A stretch of DNA of 64,000 nucleotides from Patescibacteria group bacterium (GCA_020148055.1 JAHCRF010000001.1:71257-135256), one strand, 5' to 3'; counted from the first letter of the stretch, positions 26,919 to 36,402 are shown. A program made the numbers and translations. The notes: a model not told the origin generated them from the sequence alone.

Positions 26919-26987
26919 GGCGGCACACTAAACGAATAGTTTGTCCTCCTAGGGGAGGACTGGGCTATTCGCCCACCGTGTGCCGCC
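26919..26987 (+). other. 69-nt three-helix GC-rich hairpin (candidate small RNA or intergenic palindromic element)
   Basis: ggcggcacac/gtgtgccgcc (10 bp), cgaatag/ctattcg (7 bp), gtcctcc/ggaggac (7 bp), loop tagg. All perfect Watson-Crick. Confidence 0.6.
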
Positions 26988-27056
26988 TAAGTTAAACACA
27001 CTTTTTCGTCGTATTTCTATAAAAAGATGAGTTGAGAAACAAAATAGGTGGGAGGG

Positions 27057-27084
27057 TTGACAAATCTTTAATTAGGAGTAAAAT
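27057..27084 (+). promoter_or_regulatory. rpoB promoter: GGTGGGAGGG-TTGACA-16-TAAAAT
   Basis: Motifs read directly. The same module occurs at 51830-51857. Confidence 0.55.
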
Positions 27085-27177
27085 TAAAAATATCCAATTA
27101 AATTTTTTCTCATTTTTTTTAATTTTAATTTGCCCTAAGAATAAAATAGAGGGTGATTTTAAATTTAATTCCTGAAA

Positions 27178-30100
27178 ATGAAGTTTAAAGATTTTTCAAA
27201 ATCAAAAATTTCCCTACCCTTACCTTATTTACTCTCGATTCAAAGAGAAAGCTGGCAGAGATTTTGGGAAAGAGATTTAAAAGAACTCTTTTCAGAAATA
27301 TCGCCCATTCAAGATTATACCGGAAAGGAGTTAGAACTCTGGTTTTTAGACTATAAATTGGATGAGCCCAAATATAAAACTACCTTGGAAGCTAAGGAGA
27401 ATAATGATTCTTATGAAGCAGCCTTGCGGGCTAGAGTAAGATTAGTCAATCTCAAAACAAAAGAAATTAAAGAACAAGAAGTCTTTTTAACCGATTTCCC
27501 CTTAATGACCAAGAGAGGAACTTTTATTGTTAACGGGATAGAAAGAGTAGTTATTTCTCAGCTTATTCGTTCCCCCGGCGCCTTTTTTACTTCTCAGATA
27601 ATTAGAGGTGAAACTCATTTTGGAGCAAAAATTATTCCTAATCGGGGAGCTTGGCTTGAATTTGGAACTGAAGCCTCCGGTTTTATTGGAGTTAAGATTG
27701 ACCGAAAGAGAAAAGTAGCAGCTACTACTTTATTGAGAGCTTTCGGAATTGATCAAGATGAAAAAATTCTAGAGATCTTCCAAGATATTGATAACAATCC
27801 AGAAATTAACTATATTTCAGAGACAATAAAAAGAGACCCTACTAAAAATCAAGCCGAAGCCTTAATTGAAGTCTATCAGCATCTAAGACCAGGAGATTTA
27901 ACAACCGCTGAGACAGCTAGAGAGTTGATTGAAAACATGTTTTTTAATTTTGAAAGATATGATTTGTCAAAAGTAGGGAGATGGCGAATGTGGCAGAGAC
28001 TACCGGAATTGAAAAAATCCAAAATCCAAAAGGGGCCCACGAAAGTGGGAGGGCGGTCGGGACGCGAGGCCTTCCCGCGGAACGGGAGGCCCCGTCCTTG
28101 GGTGGGTTGGAGTCCAAAATCCAAAACTAAAAAGCCAAAGCTAGAAGAAGGAATCACCAGGTCAGATAGGGTTTTGCATCCCGAAGATATTGTGGCTGTT
28201 TTGAGAGAGATTATTAGATTAAATAATGACCCCGGGGGAAAACCCGATCAGATTGATCATTTGGGCAATCGGCGAGTAAGAACTTTAAATGAACTTTTAC
28301 AAAACCGATTAAGGGTAGGTTTAATGAGAATGGCCAGGATTATCAAAGACCGAATGGCTACTTTAGATATTTCCATCTTAACCCCGGTTCAATTGATTAA
28401 TTCCCGACCATTTATAGCGATAGTTAGGGAATTCTTTACCTCTTCTCAGCTTGCTCAGTTTATGGACAATGAGAATCCTCTTGCTGAATTAGAGCATAAA
28501 AGAAGACTATCAGCTACCGGACCAGGTGGTTTAACTCGAGAAAGAGCTGGGTTTGAGGTTAGAGATGTTCAACCATCCCATTATGGAAGGATTTGCCCTA
28601 TCCAAACTCCTGAAGGACCAAATGTTGGGTTAATTAATCATTTAGCTGGTTTTGCCCGAGTTAATCCTTATGGTTTTATTGAAACTCCTTATTTCAAGGT
28701 GAAAAATGGAAGGGTTACTTCAGAAATTTGTTATCTTAATGCCTATGAAGAAGAAAAGTATAATATTGCCCATGGAGGAGTACCAATCGATGAGAAAGGC
28801 AAAATTACCTCCAAAAAGGTTGAAGCTAGAGTAAAGGGTGAACCAGGAATAGTTGGTAGAGAAAAAGTTGATTTTTTCGACATCTCTCCTGCCCAATCAA
28901 TTTCTATCGCTACTTCTTGCATTCCTTTTTTACAAAATGATGATGCCAACCGAGCCTTAATGGGATCAAATATGCAAAGACAAGCTGTTCCTCTTCTCAG
29001 ACCAGGGGTTCCCCTAGTTATTACTGGAGCAGAAGAGAAGGTAGCTAGAGATTCTGGCCAGGAGATAATTGCCGAGGAAGAAGGGGTTGTTACCGAAGTC
29101 GATGCTAATCATATTAAAATTAGGGGTAAAAAGGGAGAAAAGAAATATCCTCTGCAAACTTTTATTCAGACCAATCAATTCACTTGTTTTCATCAAAGCC
29201 CCTTAGTTAAAAAAGGGAAGGTTGTTAAAAAAGGAGACATTTTAACTGATGGTGGAGGAATTTCTCAAGAACATTTAGCTTTAGGCCGAAATATTTTGGT
29301 TGCTTTTATGTCCTGGCGTGGAGGAACTTTTGAAGATGCAATTTTGATTTCTGAAAGATTGGTTAGAGATGATGCTTATACTTCAATTCATATTGAGGAT
29401 TTTAGTTGTGATGTTCGAGAAACCAAATTGGGACCGGAGATTACAACCTGTGATATTCCTAACGTTTCAGAAGAAAAATTGAGGAATTTAGATGAAGAAG
29501 GTTTAGTCAGAATTGGGGCTGAAGTTGGCCCAAATGATATCTTGGTTGGGAAGATTTCTCCAAAAGGAGAAGTTGATTTAACTGCTGAGGAAAGATTATT
29601 GAGAGCTATTTTTGGAGAGAAAGCTAGAGAAGTTAAAGATACCTCTTTATTAATGGAGCATGGTAAACAGGGGAGGGTAATTAATGTGAAGATTTTTTCT
29701 AGAGAATCGGGTCATAGACTTGACCCCGGAGTGATAAAAAGAATTGATGTTAAAGTAGCGGAGATTAGAAAAACTCAAGCCGGTGATAAATTAGCTGGTC
29801 GCCATGGGAATAAGGGAGTGATTTCTAAGGTTTTACCAATTGAAGATATGCCATTTTTAGAAGATGGAACTCCAGTCGATATTATTTTAAATCCTCTAAG
29901 CATTGCCTCGCGAATGAATATTGGTCAAGTTCTGGAAGCTCATTTAGGAAAAGCGGCCAAAAAATTGGGCTACATTGCTATTTCTCCGGCCTTAGCTGGA
30001 GTGACTGAGGAAGAGATTAAAGAAGAGCTTAGGAAGGCTGGATTACCAGAAGATGGAAAAGTCGCTCTTTATGATGGCCGAACCGGCCTACCTTTTTCCA

Positions 30101-30480
30101 AAAAAATTACTGTTGGCTATGTTTATATGATGAAATTAATTCATATGGTTACCGATAAAATCCACGCCAGATCAATTGGACCTTATTCTCTAATTACTCA
30201 ACAGCCCTTAGGAGGAAAGGCCCAATTTGGAGGTCAAAGATTCGGAGAAATGGAAGTTTGGGCTTTAGAAGGACATGGAGCAGCCCATAGTTTACAGGAA
30301 ATGTTAACTATTAAATCCGATGATGTCCAAGGTCGGGCAGCTGCTTATCAGGCCATCTTAAAAGGAGAGCCAATCAGAAATCCTAATGTTCCCGCGTCTT
30401 TAAATTTACTAATCAATGAATTAAAGGCTCTTGGGCTAAATGTTGAAATAAAAGAAAACCCCAAAGAACAAGAATCCTGA
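27178..30480 (+). CDS. rpoB: DNA-directed RNA polymerase beta subunit
   Basis: 1100 aa with canonical beta motifs (GRHGNKGV, FGEMEVWALE). Carries a 123-nt repeat insert at 28014-28136. Confidence 0.97.
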   Translation: MKFKDFSKSKISLPLPYLLSIQRESWQRFWERDLKELFSEISPIQDYTGKELELWFLDYKLDEPKYKTTLEAKENNDSYEAALRARVRLVNLKTKEIKEQEVFLTDFPLMTKRGTFIVNGIERVVISQLIRSPGAFFTSQIIRGETHFGAKIIPNRGAWLEFGTEASGFIGVKIDRKRKVAATTLLRAFGIDQDEKILEIFQDIDNNPEINYISETIKRDPTKNQAEALIEVYQHLRPGDLTTAETARELIENMFFNFERYDLSKVGRWRMWQRLPELKKSKIQKGPTKVGGRSGREAFPRNGRPRPWVGWSPKSKTKKPKLEEGITRSDRVLHPEDIVAVLREIIRLNNDPGGKPDQIDHLGNRRVRTLNELLQNRLRVGLMRMARIIKDRMATLDISILTPVQLINSRPFIAIVREFFTSSQLAQFMDNENPLAELEHKRRLSATGPGGLTRERAGFEVRDVQPSHYGRICPIQTPEGPNVGLINHLAGFARVNPYGFIETPYFKVKNGRVTSEICYLNAYEEEKYNIAHGGVPIDEKGKITSKKVEARVKGEPGIVGREKVDFFDISPAQSISIATSCIPFLQNDDANRALMGSNMQRQAVPLLRPGVPLVITGAEEKVARDSGQEIIAEEEGVVTEVDANHIKIRGKKGEKKYPLQTFIQTNQFTCFHQSPLVKKGKVVKKGDILTDGGGISQEHLALGRNILVAFMSWRGGTFEDAILISERLVRDDAYTSIHIEDFSCDVRETKLGPEITTCDIPNVSEEKLRNLDEEGLVRIGAEVGPNDILVGKISPKGEVDLTAEERLLRAIFGEKAREVKDTSLLMEHGKQGRVINVKIFSRESGHRLDPGVIKRIDVKVAEIRKTQAGDKLAGRHGNKGVISKVLPIEDMPFLEDGTPVDIILNPLSIASRMNIGQVLEAHLGKAAKKLGYIAISPALAGVTEEEIKEELRKAGLPEDGKVALYDGRTGLPFSKKITVGYVYMMKLIHMVTDKIHARSIGPYSLITQQPLGGKAQFGGQRFGEMEVWALEGHGAAHSLQEMLTIKSDDVQGRAAAYQAILKGEPIRNPNVPASLNLLINELKALGLNVEIKENPKEQES
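28014..28136 (+). repeat. nested insert in rpoB: 'aaaatcc' heptamer array interrupted by element A
   Basis: aaaatcc aaaatcc aaaa[84-nt A]aaaatcc aaaacta aaaagcc. The total of 123 nt equals 41 codons. Confidence 0.8.
28032..28115 (+). repeat. GC-rich hairpin element family A, copy 2 (in frame in rpoB, sense)
   Basis: 84 nt, about 87% identical to 1463-1547. Encodes ..GPTKVGGRSGREAFPRNGRPRPWVGWSP... Confidence 0.9.
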
Positions 30481-30556
30481 ATTATGAATTAGGAATCAAG
30501 AATAAAAAATAAGAAATAAAAATTCATAATTCATACTTCATAATTCGTAATTCTGA
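30476..30556. repeat. composite palindrome in the rpoB-rpoC spacer: 5x7 'NNNgaat' array, 11-nt core, 5x7 'attcNNN' array
   Basis: cctgaat tatgaat taggaat caagaat aaaaaat / attcata attcata cttcata attcgta attctga. The left arm overlaps the rpoB stop codon. Confidence 0.8.
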
Positions 30557-30560
30557 TATT

Positions 30561-33500
30561 ATGAGAGTAGCTGATCTTAAATCAATAAAAATTCGCTTAG
30601 CCTCACCAGAAGAAATTTTATCTTGGTCTCATGGCGAGATTACTAAACCTGAAACCATCAATTATCGAACTCAAAGAGCAGAAAAGGACGGTCTTTTTTG
30701 TGAAAGAATTTTCGGGCCAACTAAAGATTATCAATGCTATTGCGGTAAATATAAAAGAATTCGTTATAAAGGGATAACTTGCGATCGCTGTGGGGTAGAA
30801 GTGACAAAATCTTCGGTCAGACGAGAGAGGATGGGTCATATCAAATTGGCCTCACCGGTTTCTCATATTTGGTTCTTAAGAGGAGTACCGTCGCGAATGG
30901 GAATAATCTTAAATGTTTCTTTACCCAAATTGGAAAGGGTAATTTATTTTGCTGCTTACATTATCACAGAAGTTATAGAGGAGGCTAAGAAAAGAGTTTT
31001 AAAAGAGATTGAGAAAGAATACAGGTCAAAGGTAAAAACTCAAAAAGCTTCCCCAGCCCCACCCGCCACCCATCAAAGGAAAAAAACATCTAAGGCAAAA
31101 ACAAAAAGTAAAAATAAAATAAAACCCCAAGACCTGAAAGTAGCCAGAGATAAAGCTAAAGAGGAAGTGTTAGCTTTGAAACCTTTGAAAATTCTTTCTG
31201 AGGTGGAATATCACAATCTTTCTTTTAAATATGGAGAGGTTTTTACAGCGGGAACAGGAGCAGAAACTCTAAGGAAAATTTTTGAGAAGATAGATTTTAA
31301 AAAAGAAATTACCAAATTAAAAAAAGAAATTGAAAAAGCCTCACCGGTGAGTCGAAGAAAAATTTTAAGGAGATTGAAACTCTTCCAGTCGATGTCTAAC
31401 GCAAAACTGAGACCAGAGTGGATGTTTCTGAATGTTTTGCCGATTTTACCCCCAGATTTAAGACCAATGGTTCAGTTAGATGGTGGTCGTTATGCTTCCT
31501 CTGATTTAAATGATCTTTATAGAAGAGTAATTAATCGGAACAACCGTTTGAAATATCTTTTAGAAATTGCAGCTCCTGAAGTTATTGTTAGAAATGAGAA
31601 AAGAATGTTGCAGGAAGCAGTTGATGCTCTGATCGATAATGGAATGAGAAAGGGAGTAATTACCAGGGCGACCACTGGAGGAAGAAGGCTTTTGAAATCT
31701 TTAGCTGATATGTTGAAAGGAAAACAAGGGAGATTCAGGCAAAATCTTTTAGGTAAAAGAGTTGATTATTCGGGCAGATCGGTGATTGTCGTTGGACCAA
31801 AATTAAGACTTCATCAGTGTGGTCTTCCTAAAAAGATGGCCTTGGAATTATTTAAACCTTTTGTTATTAAAAGAATTTTAGATAAAGAATTGGCTTACAA
31901 TGTAAGGGCAGCTTCGAGGTTGATTGAGCAGGAAACCGAGGAAGTTTGGGCAATCTTAGAAGAAGTGGTTAAAGATAAATTGGTTTTATTAAATCGGGCT
32001 CCAACCTTACATCGATTAGGAATCCAGGCTTTCCAACTAATATTAATTGAGGGAGAAGCAATTCAAGTCCATCCTTTAGTTTGTAAAGCCTTTAATGCCG
32101 ATTTTGATGGGGATCAAATGGCTATCCATTTACCTTTATCAACTGAGGCCCAAAAAGAGGCTAAAGAAATAATGTTATCTACCTTAAATCTTTTGAAACC
32201 AGCCACTGGTATTCCAATTGTAACTCCTACTCAAGATATTATCCTTGGCTGCTATTTTTTAACCAAAATTAAAGAGAAAGCTAAAGGGGAAGGGAAGATC
32301 TTTGGAAATTTCCAAGAGACCGTTTTAGCTTATGAGTTTGGAGAGGTAGACTTAAAAGCCGGAATCAAGGTTAAAATAAAGAATTCGGAATTTTTAGAGA
32401 CTTCGGTTGGGCGAATTATTTTTAATGAGACTTTACCCGCAGGCTTCCGGTTTATTAATGAAGTGATAAATTCAAAGAAATTAGAAAAAGTGATAAGTGA
32501 AATTATTGAAAATTACGGAATAGAAAGATCGGTTGCTACCCTGGATAAAATTAAAGATTTGGGATTTGAATATGCCACTATTTCAGGTTTATCCTGGGGA
32601 ATGGATGATTTAGATATTCCTAAAGAAAAAGAAGAATTAATTAAAGGGGCAGAAACAGAAATAGAGATGATCGAAGAACACTTCAAAAAAGGGTTACTGA
32701 CTGAGGAAGAAAAATATCTAAAGACAATTGAAATTTGGCAAAAAATAAAATCAAAAATTGAAAAAATTGTTCCGAAGACATTACCATCTGAGAGTTCAGC
32801 ATTTTCAATTGTTGATTCCGGAGCGAAAGGCTCCTGGATCCAACCTGTGCAGATGTGTGGAATGAAGGGTTTAGTGATTAATCCAATGGGACAGATTATT
32901 GAACTTCCAATCAAAAGTTCTTATAAAGAAGGATTTAATGTTTTGGAATATTTCATTTCTACCCATGGAGCAAGAAAAGGAACAGTTGATACGGCTCTAC
33001 GTACCTCTACTGCTGGCTACTTAACCAGAAGACTTATTGATGTCGCCCATGAGGCAGTAATAACTGAGGAAGATTGTCATGACGAGAAAGGGATTGAAAT
33101 ATCCAGAGGGGATGCTGAAGAAATTGGCCAGAATTTTATCTTCAAGATTTTAGGGAGAGTAGTTATAGAAGATGTCAGAAATCCCGCCAGAGGCGAGGCT
33201 CGCCAAGGGCGGCAAAAAGCAAAAAGCAAAATTATCAAAAAAGGAGAAATAATTGATTGGAAAGCGGCTGAGGAAATAATTAAAGCTGGGGTTGAAAAAG
33301 TTCGAGTTCGTTCTCCCTTAACTTGTAAGTCAACCAGAGGAATTTGCCAGAAATGCTATGGCTGGGATTTAGGCTCAAATCAATTAGTTAAATTAGGGGA
33401 AGCGATGGGGATTGTTGCTGCCCAGGCGATTGGCGAGCCGGGAACTCAATTAACGATGAGAACTTTTCATACCGGTGGCGTGGCTGGAGGAGAAGATATA

Positions 33501-34205
33501 ACATTTGGATTACCGAGGGTTGAGGAAATTTTCGAAGCCAGAACATTAACTGAGAAAGGAGCAATTTCTCAAGCTGATGGAAAAGTGACTGAAATAACAA
33601 AAGAAAGGGTGATTAAAGTGAAACCTAAAAAGGGAAATCCTCGGCCAAAGAAAAAAGAGATTTTAGAATACAAAATTTCTCCCCGAATGGCTATTTGGGT
33701 TAAACCGGGCCAAGAGGTTAAGAAAGGTCAACAGCTCTCAGAAGGAAGATTGGATCTGAAGGAGCTATTTAAGCTTAGAGATAAAGAAGAAACCCAGAGA
33801 TATATTATTAAAGAAATTCAGAGAATCTATGTTTCCCAGGGAGCAATTATTCATGATAAGCATCTTGAGGTAATTGTTCGCCAAATGTTTTCCCGGCTAA
33901 GAATCCAAGAAGCAGGTGACAGCAATTTTGTTCCCGGCCAAATTATTGAAAGATCAAGATTTTTAGAAGGAAATAAAGTTTTAAGAAAGGAAAAGAAAAA
34001 GCAGGCTAAAGGAACGCCCATTTTGCTCGGAATGTCCCGAGTGGCTTTAACCGCGGATTCATTTTTATCAGCTGCTTCTTTTCAGGAGACTACTCGAGTT
34101 CTAATTAAAGCTGCTATCGAGGGGAAAGAAGATAGACTTGAAGGTTTAAAGGAAAATGTGATTATTGGAAAGTTGATTCCAGCCGGTACCGGTTTTCAAA
34201 AATAG
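30561..34205 (+). CDS. rpoC: DNA-directed RNA polymerase beta' subunit
   Basis: 1214 aa. Has the zinc-binding CYCGKY..CDRCG and the NADFDGDQM catalytic motif. Carries element C and a hairpin plus array insert. Confidence 0.97.
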   Translation: MRVADLKSIKIRLASPEEILSWSHGEITKPETINYRTQRAEKDGLFCERIFGPTKDYQCYCGKYKRIRYKGITCDRCGVEVTKSSVRRERMGHIKLASPVSHIWFLRGVPSRMGIILNVSLPKLERVIYFAAYIITEVIEEAKKRVLKEIEKEYRSKVKTQKASPAPPATHQRKKTSKAKTKSKNKIKPQDLKVARDKAKEEVLALKPLKILSEVEYHNLSFKYGEVFTAGTGAETLRKIFEKIDFKKEITKLKKEIEKASPVSRRKILRRLKLFQSMSNAKLRPEWMFLNVLPILPPDLRPMVQLDGGRYASSDLNDLYRRVINRNNRLKYLLEIAAPEVIVRNEKRMLQEAVDALIDNGMRKGVITRATTGGRRLLKSLADMLKGKQGRFRQNLLGKRVDYSGRSVIVVGPKLRLHQCGLPKKMALELFKPFVIKRILDKELAYNVRAASRLIEQETEEVWAILEEVVKDKLVLLNRAPTLHRLGIQAFQLILIEGEAIQVHPLVCKAFNADFDGDQMAIHLPLSTEAQKEAKEIMLSTLNLLKPATGIPIVTPTQDIILGCYFLTKIKEKAKGEGKIFGNFQETVLAYEFGEVDLKAGIKVKIKNSEFLETSVGRIIFNETLPAGFRFINEVINSKKLEKVISEIIENYGIERSVATLDKIKDLGFEYATISGLSWGMDDLDIPKEKEELIKGAETEIEMIEEHFKKGLLTEEEKYLKTIEIWQKIKSKIEKIVPKTLPSESSAFSIVDSGAKGSWIQPVQMCGMKGLVINPMGQIIELPIKSSYKEGFNVLEYFISTHGARKGTVDTALRTSTAGYLTRRLIDVAHEAVITEEDCHDEKGIEISRGDAEEIGQNFIFKILGRVVIEDVRNPARGEARQGRQKAKSKIIKKGEIIDWKAAEEIIKAGVEKVRVRSPLTCKSTRGICQKCYGWDLGSNQLVKLGEAMGIVAAQAIGEPGTQLTMRTFHTGGVAGGEDITFGLPRVEEIFEARTLTEKGAISQADGKVTEITKERVIKVKPKKGNPRPKKKEILEYKISPRMAIWVKPGQEVKKGQQLSEGRLDLKELFKLRDKEETQRYIIKEIQRIYVSQGAIIHDKHLEVIVRQMFSRLRIQEAGDSNFVPGQIIERSRFLEGNKVLRKEKKKQAKGTPILLGMSRVALTADSFLSAASFQETTRVLIKAAIEGKEDRLEGLKENVIIGKLIPAGTGFQK
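31037..31101 (+). repeat. element family C, copy 1 (C-rich 65-mer), in frame in rpoC
   Basis: Identical over 65 nt to 49629-49693. Encodes [21 protein letters not shown]. Confidence 0.95.
33184..33247 (+). repeat. GC nested hairpin (ccgcc-aga-ggcga-ggc-tcgcc-aag-ggcgg) followed by a 'caaaaag' heptamer array, in frame in rpoC
   Basis: Direct reading. Encodes ..PARGEARQGRQKAKSKIIKKG... The array family matches the uvrC array at 47531-47565 in reverse complement. Confidence 0.75.
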
Positions 34206-34232
34206 AAAAAATAATAGTATAATCAAGGATAG

Positions 34233-36302
34233 ATGGCTCAGAACCGAAAAAAAATAAAGAAAATTAATAAAACTCTTAGTAGGTCTTTAAAGATAAAGAG
34301 ATTGATTTTTGGGACTTTATTATTTTTAATCTCAATAGTCATTATTTTGAGTTTCTTCGATTTAGCCGGAGTTGGTGGCAGGATTTGTTTCAAAACCCTC
34401 ACTTTTTTATTTGGAAATACAGTTTTTTTAATCCCCTTATTTTTTGTGATTTTAGGCTGGGTACTTTTGAAGTCTGAATATCAAAAATTTTTCAAATCAT
34501 TGATTTTGACAATTTTGCTTTTACTTTTTGGAATTTCTGGAATTTTCGGAGCTTTGAATTCAACAAAACAGGGAGGATGGTTAGGTTATATTTTAAGTTG
34601 GCCTTTTTTAAGATTTTTTGGAATTTTGGTGACTCAAATAATATTTGGGGCCATGATTTTGACAGCTTTCTTAATTTTTTTGCAACTTTTTCAAAGACCT
34701 TCTTCCATTTCACCAATTTCAGAAACCAAGAAACCTTTGATCACCAGGATATTTAGGAAAATAAAGGAACCGAAATTGAAAATGAAGGAGATTACACCTG
34801 CTCCAAAACTTGAAATTAAAGAACCTTTAGAACTAAAAACCAAACCTATTTTAGAAAAAGAAGCCCCTCCTTTTTCTTATCAGCCCCCACCTCTTGATTT
34901 ACTCGAAGCTGATAAAGAAGTCCCTCATTCTGGCGACGTTCGAACTAATTCAGCTATTATTAAAAAAACTTTAGAAAATTTTGATATCAAGGTAGAGATG
35001 TCCGGAATCAATATCGGTTCCACCGTTACCCAATATACTTTAAAGCCAGCCGAGGGAATAAAGCTATCAAAAATCACTGCTCTTTCTAATAATCTGGCCT
35101 TAGCCTTAGCTTCTCATCCAATTCGAATCGAGGCTCCTATTCCAGGGAAATCTTTAGTAGGAATAGAAGTTCCAAATAAAGTCAGGGCTAAGGTAAGATT
35201 AAGGAATTTAATTGAACATCCAACTTTTCAGCAATCAGTATCGAATCTCACGCTTGTTTTAGGAAGAGATGTTTCTGGCTTTCCGGTTTTTGCCGACCTT
35301 GCTAAAATGCCCCATCTTTTAGTTGCCGGCTCAACCGGGACGGGTAAAACTATCTTTTTAAACAGTCTAATTTTAAGCCTTCTTTATCGAAACTCTCCCA
35401 GAATTTTAAAATTTATTTTGGTTGATCCTAAAAGAGTTGAATTTCCAGTTTATAATGACCTTCCTCATCTTTTATCTCCAGTTATTTTGGATGTTAATAG
35501 GACGATTAGTGTTTTGAAATGGTTAACTAAGGAAATGGAGAGAAGATTTGAAATTTTAGCTGGGGCCAGGGTTAGAGATATTAGAAGCTTCAATGAGATG
35601 GCTTTTAAAACTAAAACTGAGCCCTTGCCATATATTATCTTGATTATTGATGAGTTAGCTGATTTAATGGCTGCTAAAGGAAGGGAGATTGAGTCAGGTA
35701 TTGTTAGATTAGCTCAACTGGCCAGGGCCGTTGGTATTCATCTGGTAGTTGCCACCCAAAGACCATCGGTCGAGGTAATTACTGGTTTAATTAAAGCCAA
35801 TATTACCTCTCGGGTTACTTGTCAGGTGGCTTCCCAAATTGATTCAAGAACAGTTTTAGATATGGCCGGAGCAGAAAAACTCTTAGGTTTAGGGGATATG
35901 CTTTTTGTTTCAGCTGAAATTTTAAAGCCAAAGAGAATCCAAGGAGCCTATGTTTCCGAAAAAGAAGTAAAAAAGATAGTTAAGTGGATAAGGTCAAAAA
36001 TCCAAATAGAAACAATCGAAGATAAATTAGCTGAAGATTTAGAAAAGGATTTGACTTTCCAACCTAAGGAAGAATTAGGATTTCTAAAAATCGAGGAAGA
36101 TCCCTTATATGAAGAGGCAAAAAAAGTAGTAATTGAGGCCAGGAAGGCTTCAGCTTCCCTTCTGCAGAGGAAATTAAGAATTGGTTACGCCAGGGCGGCA
36201 AGACTTATAGATGTATTAGAGGAGAGGGGGATAGTTGGGCCTCTAAATGGAGCTAAGCCAAGAGATGTTTATATTTCAAGCGATAGCGAAGAAATATCCT
36301 GA
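34233..36302 (+). CDS. ftsK: DNA translocase FtsK/SpoIIIE
   Basis: N-terminal TM domain, VAGSTGTGKT Walker A, and a C-terminal gamma winged helix (LLQRKLRIGYARAARLIDVLE). Confidence 0.92.
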   Translation: MAQNRKKIKKINKTLSRSLKIKRLIFGTLLFLISIVIILSFFDLAGVGGRICFKTLTFLFGNTVFLIPLFFVILGWVLLKSEYQKFFKSLILTILLLLFGISGIFGALNSTKQGGWLGYILSWPFLRFFGILVTQIIFGAMILTAFLIFLQLFQRPSSISPISETKKPLITRIFRKIKEPKLKMKEITPAPKLEIKEPLELKTKPILEKEAPPFSYQPPPLDLLEADKEVPHSGDVRTNSAIIKKTLENFDIKVEMSGINIGSTVTQYTLKPAEGIKLSKITALSNNLALALASHPIRIEAPIPGKSLVGIEVPNKVRAKVRLRNLIEHPTFQQSVSNLTLVLGRDVSGFPVFADLAKMPHLLVAGSTGTGKTIFLNSLILSLLYRNSPRILKFILVDPKRVEFPVYNDLPHLLSPVILDVNRTISVLKWLTKEMERRFEILAGARVRDIRSFNEMAFKTKTEPLPYIILIIDELADLMAAKGREIESGIVRLAQLARAVGIHLVVATQRPSVEVITGLIKANITSRVTCQVASQIDSRTVLDMAGAEKLLGLGDMLFVSAEILKPKRIQGAYVSEKEVKKIVKWIRSKIQIETIEDKLAEDLEKDLTFQPKEELGFLKIEEDPLYEEAKKVVIEARKASASLLQRKLRIGYARAARLIDVLEERGIVGPLNGAKPRDVYISSDSEEIS

Positions 36303-36402
36303 AAGGTATTTCAGTAAACAGTGAACAATAAAACAATGTTTAAACCCCCACTTTTAACAGTGTTTTGACTTAATTTTTAAAGGGTTATATCATAAAGTTA
36401 AT

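Noticed and set aside
26919-26987. The 69-nt hairpin upstream of rpoB as SRP (4.5S) RNA
   Set aside because: It lacks the conserved domain IV features (GNAR tetraloop, AGCA/GGAA asymmetric-loop motifs). It shares only a fortuitous GUGUGCCG string with the E. coli 4.5S RNA recalled from memory.
28032-28115. GC-rich inserts as inteins or group I/II introns
   Set aside because: At 30-120 nt they are far too short. They have no Hint/splicing-block residues and no intron core motifs, and they stay open in the host frame. RNA-level removal cannot be excluded from sequence alone.
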